A stretch of 57,260 nucleotides of DNA, counting the filler, from Bipalium vagum (Eukaryota), in assembly GCA_037834085.1 (NCBI GenBank). It is 3 parts of 3 records of this genome, joined end to end, with 100 filler letters (N's around TTAATTAATTAA, not from the genome) between each part and the next. Parts side by side here need not be neighbours in the genome. Positions count along the whole stretch, not along the records: positions 35,536 to 57,260 come from JBBMKC010233059.1; 2 more parts are not named here. One strand, written 5' to 3'. A program made the position numbers and the translations under genes. This document shows positions 39,559-49,513 of the stretch, one piece after another (the first letter of the stretch is position 1; every line of letters starts with the position of its first letter). Below the pieces are notes generated by a model, which searched no databases, was not told the DNA's origin, and saw only the letters and a list, made by a program, of their open reading frames with translations.

Positions 39559-40825
39559 TTAAGGTGTCTCATAAAAAATGAGCGTTTTTGTTATAATGAC
39601 ATAAATTAAAGAAAATATGTTCTTGAATTAATAAATATAAAATATTGATTATTTATTTTGAATATTTAAAATTTTCTGAATAAAATAGTAATTTATATTT
39701 TTATTACATCTTGTTTTAATATTGAAATTAATAGCGCGAAAGATGACAATAAAATATGAAATTTTGGTTATTTTACTGCACTATTGGAAAAGAAAAATGT
39801 GTGCAACGGAAGCCACTCAACTTATTTCTGAAATTGACGGCCCAGATCAGATTAAACATAGTACAGCAAGACGGTGGTTTGCCAAGTTTAATTTTGATGA
39901 TACCAGCCTCAAACGCTAAACAGGTTCAGGAAGGTCCGCAACATTAGAAGATGACACTTTACAAAGTTATGTCCTTCTCAACCCGTCAATTGGCAGATAG
40001 TCTTTAATCTTCAAAATCAACCATCCATCGCCATCTTCGTGCAATGGTTAAAAAATATAGAGCTCCTCAAATACATCCTTATGAGTTGACAAAAGCTCAG
40101 ACAAGCAAGCGAGTTCAAGTCTGTCAACAGCTCTTAAATAACCCATTAGACGATAGGTTTTTAAAAACTATTGTTGCTATGGACGAAAAATGGATATTAT
40201 TAAACAATCCCAACAAAATAGGGCAATGGCTATCTCCAAATGAATCAGTTCTTTCGTATCCTAAACTCCGAAGATTTGACAAAAAAGTTATGATTTCCGT
40301 TTTTTGGAACTGTAACGGTATGTTGTTTTTTGAACTTCTCCGAGATGGTCAAAGTATAACCTCGGACACTTACTCATCACAACTGGAAAATCTTCATGAT
40401 GTTAAGAAAGTAAAGTATCCTTATTTAATCAACCGGAAAAGAGTTTTGCTACAAGCGGATAATGCTAAACCGCATACCTTGCGGAAATCAATAGAAACCA
40501 TAAAAAATATTGACGGAATCGAACTCTTACCGCATCCGCCTTACTCGCCAGACATTGCAGCCTCTGACTTTCATCTGTTTCGTTCCATGGCACATTTCAG
40601 TCGGGGGTTTGAAAATAATGAAGACCTTCAGAAGAACCTCCAACTTTTCTTCGACTCCAAACCATCAAATTGGTACAAAAGTGGGATCCAAAAAATTGCA
40701 GAACATTGGGCCCTTGTTTGTGCAAATGATGGATATTATTTTAGTAACTGATATTTGTTTTGTAAAATAAAATTTTTAAAAAGAATTTTTTATTCAAAAC
40801 GCTCATTTTTTATGGGACACCCTAA
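39559..40825 (+). mobile_element. Full-length mariner (1267 bp) with TA target duplication and disrupted transposase
   Basis: TIRs ttaaggtgtctcataaaaaatgagcgtttt / aaaacgctcattttttatgggacaccctaa; motifs IVAMDEKW, QADNAKPH, YSPDIAASDFHLF; stop at 39917-39919 in the N-terminal part. Confidence 0.97.
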
Positions 40826-43186
40826 TATAATGAAAATTTTCCTAGATGAAGTTCAAATTATAGCTTCATCAAATAAAAATATCTGCAATATATGCTCATT
40901 AGATATTCCAAGTATTATTATGGTTCAGAATTCAATAAATCATTCCGACAGTAATGAAGAAAATTTACCATTGTGGCAATCCTATTTTGGCAACATCTTT
41001 TTAGAATGAGCTATAAAAAGATTTAATTTCATGGAAACAATTTTTGATTGTCATTATGGGGAAAAACCAAGCAATACAAACATTTAAAAGTATAAAATAA
41101 TAAATATTATTGTTCTGTAAAAATTAATTGGTAAAAATTATAAGTGTTCTTATAAGAGTAGAAATAATAAGTAATAAAGTGAAAGAATTAAAAATTATTA
41201 AGCAGTATGAATTAGTAAAAGTTAGACAGAAAACTTTTTTCATTTCGCTGAAGCCGATCAGATAAAATGTTCAAAATCAGACTGAAAATTTTATTTCATA
41301 ATTGAAATATTCTAAATACTCTTAAAAAAGTTTTTCAACTTTTACATTTGAACGGCAGAACTTTTTAAAGATAAATTACCATATTTCAATAATTTGTTTG
41401 AATCGTTCTCCGAAATCAACTTCAAGTTTTATTTGATTCAAAAGGAGATGATAAATTATCAATTATAAAATGGATGTAACGGTAAGCTGGTTTTTATGTT
41501 ATGTTTTATTCATGTGAAAAGTTAAATACGAATTGGAAATTTTGCGATTTGAAAATCAAATTGGCTCTGAAAAAAATCGAATTGCTTTCCATTTAAATGA
41601 AACTATGTTCTCGATTCTCTCTCAAACCTTAGCGGCATCTTTTTGACGTTGACAAACAGCACGGCGTGGAAAGACTGTCCTGAAAAGGGTTTATAGTCGA
41701 CTTTGATCGTAAAATTTATCCTGACCTCTTTGTCAATTAGAGGGTCTTGGCAACGTTTACAGATGATTAAATCATAATCCTTTCAATTCATGATATTGAT
41801 GAGAGCTGTGCAACTATAAAGCAATGATGATGTTATGAAATAGGATATGAGAAGGGCCACTCGAAATTCTAGAGGTGTTAGTGGAAAATCGACTCCGTCT
41901 TGAAATATTCCATAGTGGTTTCCAAGGCTAACGTTAGAAACGTCACTAATTAGAATAATATAAGATTCCTTAAGCCTCTCAATATGGTCATACTGATATT
42001 GATTATGTCAGGTTATTGATTGAGAATGACTGTGATGTCGAGGATAGTGACGAGATTTTCGAATTAGTGGGTTGTTGAATTGGAAAAATCGCGAACATTA
42101 ATTCTGTTGTTTTCGTTTATAAATTGTGAATATTAAAACAAAAGCAAGATATTATTAGAAAATATGAAGGGAAATATCTCTGGTAAATCTTTTTTTTTGT
42201 TATAGTATATCAATATCTAACTCAGTTTAAAAGTGTACCAAACATTTTGGATATGATTGAGCAAAAATATCATATAGAGACATGTCTCCTACGATTGGAC
42301 GAATGCAAAAGAAATTCATGGCATCCTATGTCAAGTATTCAGTTTGCTTATTCCAATCTTACGTCAGCTCAGCGATGCAAACAAAGTTGCAAAATATTAT
42401 CTATTAAATCAATAAAATTAAATAAAAAAAAATTAATCTATCCAGAAATTTTTACACAAAATTCATTTCAAATTTTTTTTCTTAATTAACAAAAAGATTT
42501 TGAAAAAAAATCAATAATTTTCACATGAGATATTAAATAAAGGATAATTATATTGAACAAATCAAATAGTTATTAAAATTATGTACAGAAAGGTGCTTTA
42601 TAAACAATCGGGGTTGATAAATCAATTTACTTAGGTATCAATTTTACTTCGGTTATGCAACACCAAATACTTCTGAAATGACTGCGCAGGATTAAAGGGT
42701 GAGGATTTACCTCATACCTTATTCCTCGGACATTTCGCAAACATATCATCTAATCAAGAACATGAATAATAAAAATTTCCTCGACCTAGGTCACAATCAA
42801 AAGTGCCATTGATCCGTTCTTTGAATCCAGAAATTTGAATTTTTTCAAATTGGAATCAATAAAATATCGAGGACTTGGGCGGAGAAGTTCTATCTCACCC
42901 ACCATATAGGATTATCATTTGTTCTGGTTGATGGAGAGAAAATGCTCCAAGACTGAGACGTAATCAAAAATTGAGTTTCCAACTTCTTCAAGACACAACT
43001 AGCAGAATTTTTCTCCAAAGGTTTCCATTCATTACGTGGACGTTGCGACAGATAATTGATAGTGGTGGATAATACCTGCTCGAATATTATGTAATCTTGT
43101 TTTAATGTTTTTTTAGTAAAGAAAAACGAAATTTCCAATTCAACAACCTGGTGTTTTAAACAAAAAAGATTTAAAGCGATTTTAGG

Positions 43187-43593
43187 ATAAAAGGATAAAA
43201 ATTCATATTGGTTTCCAAAATGGTCATTTTGATATTCTCAATTTCTCCTTGAAAAGATTTGTAACCTTGAAGCTTGTGTGAACATTTATTCTGAATGATG
43301 CATAAAATAAAAAAATAATAATCTAAGATAATTGTAGACTTCTTCACGTTGCTTACGAAAAAGAGATATTAATGATGCCAAGTGTTTGATTTAGAATGGT
43401 GATTCTCACATGGTGATTTTCGTATTGTCAAATTATTGATTGAAAATGGTTGTGATATTGAAGCACTTGTCAATGTAAATGGTTTGATTAAAGCAAATTA
43501 AAAAAATAATTTCAGGACAATGTGAGACCCATTCATATTGAGTTGGAGAAAATATTGATTGAGTTTGGTTACGATATTGAAGCCTTGGCGAAA
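43187..43593 (+). pseudogene. About 4 decayed ankyrin-repeat exons at the 5' edge of the array
   Basis: Same unit as downstream, but with frameshifts, a TAG, a lost GT donor, a fused unit and an in-frame 7-aa deletion (43516-43593). Confidence 0.85.
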
Positions 43594-43635
43594 GTTAATA
43601 AGTTGTCATTAAACCGTTTTTGATAATAAATTCAG

Positions 43636-46600
43636 GATAACTTTCAACCCATCCACTTGGCCTCAGAAAATGGTCACACTGATATTGTCAAACTATTGAT
43701 TGAGAACGGTTGGGACATTGAAGCCTTGACAAACGTTACTGATTTTATATAAATAATATGTTAAAATAAATTCAGAATAAATCGCGACCGATCCACTTGG
43801 CTTCACAGAATGGTCATACTGATATTGTGAAATTGTTGATAGAGAATGGTTGCAACTTTGAGACTTGTAACGGGGTTATTAATTTAACCTTAATATACGA
43901 TTTTTAGATGAATTTAGGATGGGTTCAGACCTATTCACTTGGCTTACTCGAATAATCACATCAACATTATTAGATTATTAATTGAAAATGGATCTCAAAT
44001 TGGCGGTTGTTTCAAGGTAATTTTATCTTGTATCAATAGTTTTAAAGATACTCTTAGAATAATTCAACAGCCATTCACATTGCCACTCAGAAAGGTCATT
44101 TTGACATTGTCAAATTAATGATTGAGTATGGTTGTGATATTGAGACTTTAATTGAAGTTAATGATCTGTGTTCAGTAAAATGTTACTTAAAACCATTTTA
44201 GGGAGAAATGAGACCAATTCATATTGCCACACAATATGGTCACATTGATATTGTGAAATTATTGATTGACTTTGGTTGCGATATTGAAGTCTCGGCGAGC
44301 GTTAATAAAATATCCGTAAAATGTATTTTATAATAAATTCAGGATAACTCGCGACCCATCCATATGGCCTCTGAGCATGGTCATACTGATATTGTCAAAC
44401 TATTGATTGAAAACGGTTGTGACTTGGAAGCTTATGTCAATGTTATTATTTTTAAGTTCTTACAAGATATTATTATTATTATTAATTTAGGATAGTTGGA
44501 GGCCGATTCATGTTGCATCACAAAAGGGGTATATTGACATAGTGAAACTATTAATTGACGGTGGGTGTGATATTGAAGCTCGGAAAAATGTTTACAGTAT
44601 AACATCAGTTAGATAGAATTTTAAAAATGAATTCAGGAATGCTGGAGACCAATTCATTTTGCTTCAAAATATGGACATTATGAAATTGTGAAATTATTGA
44701 TTGAGAAGGGATGTGTCATTGAATGCCGTGTTGATGTTATTGAATGAATTTTGAAGTGTTTTCATTGAAATTGTTTCAGGATAATTCGAGACCCATTCAC
44801 CTGGCTTCTTTTAATGGTCATTTTGATATTGTGAAATTATTGATTGAGAACGGCTGTAATATTGAAGCTCGTGATGATGTTATAAATTTAATTTTAATAT
44901 TTATGTTGAAAATTTTTAAAAAATGAATTCAGGTTCAATTGAGACCTATTCACTTTGCTTGCTTTAACTGTCACACAGATATTATCAGATTACTAATTGA
45001 AAATAGATGCAACATTGAAGCCTCTGTCCAGGTTTTGTTACTATAAATAAATACTTTTAAAGTTGCTTTTAGAAATCGAAACCAATTCACATTGCTGTAC
45101 AGTATGGTCATATTGATATCGTCAAACTGCTGATTGAAAAAGGCTGTGACTTTGAATCAATGGCCCATGTAAGTGACTTGATATCAGCACAACTTTTTAA
45201 AAAAATGATTTCAGGATAATTTGCGTCCTGTCCATGTAGCTTCACAGAATGGTCATACTGATATTGTAAAACTGCTGGTTGAGAATGGTTGTAATGTTGA
45301 ATCTTTTGACATTGTTATTATTTTTGTATCAAAATTTTTTTTATTTTTAATTTAGTACAATTGGAGACCGATTCATGTTGCATCACAAAAGGGGTATATT
45401 GACATAGTGAAACTATTAATTGACGGTGGATGTGATATTGAAGCTCGGAAAAATGTTCACAGTATAACATCAGTTAGATAGAATTTTAAAAATGAATTCA
45501 GGATTGCTGGAGACCAATTCATTTTGCTTCAAAATATGGACATTATGAAATTGTGAAATTATTGATTGAAAACGGATGTGTCATTGAATGCTGTGTTGAG
45601 GTTATTAAATGAATCTTAACAAGTTTTTCATTGAAATTGTGTCAGAATAATTTGAGACCCATTCACCTGGCTTCTGATACTGGTCATTTTGATATTGCGA
45701 AATTATTGATTGAGAATGGTTGTAATATTGAAGCTTGTGATGATGTTATTAATCTAATCTCAATAAAATATTTTTATAATGAATTCAGGTCAACTCGAGA
45801 CCTATTCATTTGGCTGCTCAGAATGGCCATTTTGATATTGTCAAACTGCTGATTGAAAAAGGCTGTGACTTTGAAACTTTTGTCAATGTTATTATTTGTA
45901 TTTTCCGAGGTTATTTGTTCAGTAAATTTAGGATAATTGGAGACCGATTCACGTTGCTTCTCAAAACGGGTTTACAGATATGATAAAGTTTTTAATTGAT
46001 AATGGGTGTAATATTGAAGCTCTTAAAGACGTTATTTATTTAATCTTAATAAATATCATTTTTCGATGAATTTAGAATTATTGGAGAGCCATTCATTTTG
46101 CTTCCCAAAATGGAAATTTTAATGCTGCCAAATTACTGATTGAGAATGGTTGCGTCATTGAAAGTTGTCTGGAGGTTATTAACTCTGTCTTATAAAATGA
46201 ATTTTTCAGATGAATTTAGGACGATAGAAAGCCTATCCACTTGGCTTCCGGCAATGGTCATTTTGATATTGTGAAACTATTGATTGAGAATGGTTGTGAA
46301 ATTGAATCCAAAGATAAAGTAATTGATTTCATTTCATTCACTTTTGAAAACACTAAATTCAGCATAATCAAAGAGCAATTCATTTCGCTACTCGAAAAGG
46401 TTTCACTGAAATTGTCAAGTTATTGATTGAGTATGATTGTGATATTGAAGCTTGTGAAAAGGTTATTGATTTAATCTCAATATATTTTGTAAAATGAATT
46501 CAGGACAATTCAAGGCCAATTCATTTAGCTTGTTTGAATAAACACGTTGGTATTGTCAAGTTATTAATTGAAAATGGTTGTAACATTAACGCATGTGTTG

Positions 46601-47605
46601 AAGTTTTTCTTTTTCTATTTTAAACCAATATTTTGAGAAATAAACATAGAAAGATCTAAGACCCATTCATATTGCTATACGAAACGGTGACATGGATATC
46701 GTCAATTTGTTAATTGAGGGTGGCTGCGATATTGAAGCTTTAGCAGATGTAAAGAATTTGATATGAGTAAACATGTTTTTACCGATGATTCAGGACAACT
46801 CACGTCCCATTCATGTTGCTTCACAGCTAGGTCATATCGATATTGTCAAACTTTTGATTGAGAACGGTTGTGACTTGGAAGCTTTTGTCAATGTTATTAA
46901 TTTTATGTTCTTAAAATATATTATTATTAATTTAGGATAGTTGGAGACCAATTCACGTGGCATCACAAAACGGGTATATTGACATAGTGAAACTATTAAT
47001 TGACGGTGGATGTGATATTGAAGCTCGGAAAAATGTTTACAGTATAACATCAGTTAGATAGAATTTTAAAAATGAATTCAGGAATGCTGGAGACCAATCC
47101 ATTTTGCTTCCCAATTTGGACATTTAAATGTTGTGAAATTATTGATTGAGAACGGATGTATCATTGAATGCTGTGTTGAGGTTATTGAATAATCTTAAGA
47201 AAATGTATTTAAACGAATTTAGTACAATCGAACGCCCATTCATTTAGCTTCATGGTCTGGTCACCTGGAGATTGCGGCCTTGCTAGTGAAATACAATTGC
47301 AATTATGATGCTTGCACCATAGTAACAAATGATACGGTTGTTTTATTTCAGATGATAATCTACGTAGGATAATTGGAGACCCATTCATTTTGCGTCAATC
47401 AGAGGTTTCATTGAGATTGTCAAGTTGCTGTTTGAGACTCACTGTGATTTTAATTCCGTTTTAAAAGTATTATAAGCTGTAATTCAATGTAATTAAATAA
47501 TATTAGGGTAACTGGAGAGCCGTTAACCTGGCGGGGCTCCATGGTCAAATTGGCGTAGTAAAATTCTTACTGGAGAATCATTGCGAGTGTTACAATTTGG
47601 ACGAC
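43636..47605 (+). CDS. Ankyrin-repeat array: 28 consecutive phase-0 exons (27 x 99 nt, 1 x 96 nt) with 40-54 nt GT-AG introns
   Basis: Exon starts 43636, 43776, 43918, 44058, 44202, 44343, 44491, 44637, 44780, 44933, 45073, 45215, 45356, 45502, 45646, 45789, 45932, 46076, 46220, 46363, 46504, 46650, 46794, 46936, 47082, 47223, 47368, 47507. Consensus DNxRPIHxASxxGHxDIVKLLIENGCDIEAxxx; no stops in any exon. Confidence 0.97.
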
Positions 47606-47721
47606 GTAATGGATAGTCCTTTTATATTAGATTTCATTGATAATAATAATGATAGCATTAATGAAGCAGTAACTTATTATTATAATAAATAATATAATTT
47701 TTTCTTAATGATAATTTAAAG

Positions 47722-49470
47722 GGAGATACTTTTTTGTTTTCTTTCCGAAAATGGGTAATCTATCTTTTCCTCTGATGAGCTCTTACTGATTGAACCACTG
47801 ATCTGAACGAGGCGGCAAGGAAAGTCACCTGAATAATCTCATTGATTGGCAGTTAATACTGTCTACATCAGTTATTTCTTTTTTTCTCATAGCAAAGGCT
47901 GCCTCAGGTTTCTTTGATGACCTGTTGCCAGTCAGGGAAAGCTTCAATTGGCTCTCGTATGCTTTAAATCAGAGTTGAGATTGACAGCTGGACTGAGACA
48001 GGAATCACTTATTGAATTGCTAAAGTGAAAAAAACGATTATTATGTTGGCAAGGTGAAGTCAAATATTGATGCTAAAGTGAAATGAGTATTTTGGTTATT
48101 ATTCATATTACTTTTGTTTATTGTCATTTCTGAGTTCCGCAGATGCTAACCGAAGGACTTGGAGTATCTGCAATCTGTGGGAGTATTCTGCTTTCCTTTG
48201 ATTTTTCGCGTGTTTAACCTATAATCTGTGGAGGTTTCCTTAAGACTTAAATAATATTTTACTTTCAGTACTTGATCTGTCAAACGCTCAATTTTAACTG
48301 TCACACAAACGGTATGAAATATTTAGTTACTACATCTTAATTTACTTAGGTCCATAAATACTAATCGATTGTAAGTCAAACTAGAGTCTGACTCTAGATT
48401 ATGAATTGCATAATGTTGCATAATTTTGCTCATCTCACCTACATCTTAACGACAGTTGTTGATTTACTTACGATATACGGCTCAGTGCTCATTTCTTCAC
48501 GAGTTACTTAATTAAATTGATTAATAATTAATTATAATTAATCTATTAATTTCTTTTATTGTGATTCCATGAAACCCTTATTTAACCTATTATTTCGTTT
48601 TTCGTATTCTACATTTTGTCATATTTATTTAGAATCATTTTACCTTTTTCTTATTATTTTTGTTTATTATAGATATCCTTAATTTATATCGCTCGTTCTA
48701 TATATCAGTAGTGGCATGTATTTTTTACTATTTTCCTTAATGAAATACGTAAATTCCAGCTCATTTTCCAACTCCTCACTTCGTTACTATCGTGTTCATT
48801 TTATAAAAACGATTACAAAAATGTATACTCTGCTGAATCAAGACAATCACAATAAAATCTTATCACAGTTCTCATCCCTAAGTAAATCAAAACAATCTCA
48901 GAAAACCACAGTAAATGATTGGAATTCACTAAAATAATAACGAATCAGTCAATTGTCAATTTTACGTGCAACTTTTATTGAACCAGCTTCGATTTTTATC
49001 TGGTAGGGTTAAGTACTCTTTGTCTTTCCACGTGTCTTTCAGAAGTTTTCGATCAAAATAATCCTGGAGAACAGCCGCAGAGAAATATAAATGATATCTG
49101 GAAATTGTGTATCATTCTTAATTTACTTGTACTTTATTCGTAGGATGATAGAAAGGCTTTGTTGAATGCCGAGGACGAGGGTTCCATACAAGAGATGATT
49201 TTTAAGATGAACTGTAAGTCATTTTTATTTATTTACTTTTGACAGACAATCGGCCGATTTCTCATGAACCTCGAAAGGTTTTGATTTAAAACGAGAAAAC
49301 AGGTAATGTCTTGCTGAGACATTACCGTAGAGGATTGGATGATTCCTTGAAGTGTTGTGTCTGTCGGAAACAGAAAAATGAATTGGGACAGCTTCATAAC
49401 ATCTTCACTAACGTCTTGGATCCTAAATTTATCTCTGCCCATTTCTTTTTTTCTTTGTCAGCGATTATAA
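47722..49470 (+). pseudogene. Exon-like linker segments between the ankyrin array and the kinase, with stops and frameshifts
   Basis: GC-richer blocks separated by about 35-40 nt GT-AG introns (e.g. 49144-49213 DDRKALLNAEDEGSIQEMIFKMN); in-frame TAA at 49287-49289 and several TGA codons in 47780-48030. Confidence 0.5.
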
Positions 49471-49513
49471 ATATTTTGAAGATTGTTTTTCCATTTTTTT
49501 TCCAATCAAACAG

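Noticed and set aside
41240-41900. Possible minus-strand Penelope RT remnant with a hammerhead-like ctgatcggcttcagcgaaa
   Set aside because: The core deviates from CUGANGA and no clear RT motif could be read.
43636-47605. CRISPR-like repeat/spacer periodicity (about 143 bp)
   Set aside because: The conserved parts translate as ankyrin repeats and the variable parts are GT-AG introns; no cas genes and a eukaryotic context.
47722-49470. Stop-codon reassignment as an explanation for the linker stops
   Set aside because: Frameshifts occur too, and the ankyrin, kinase and coiled-coil exons contain no in-frame stops.
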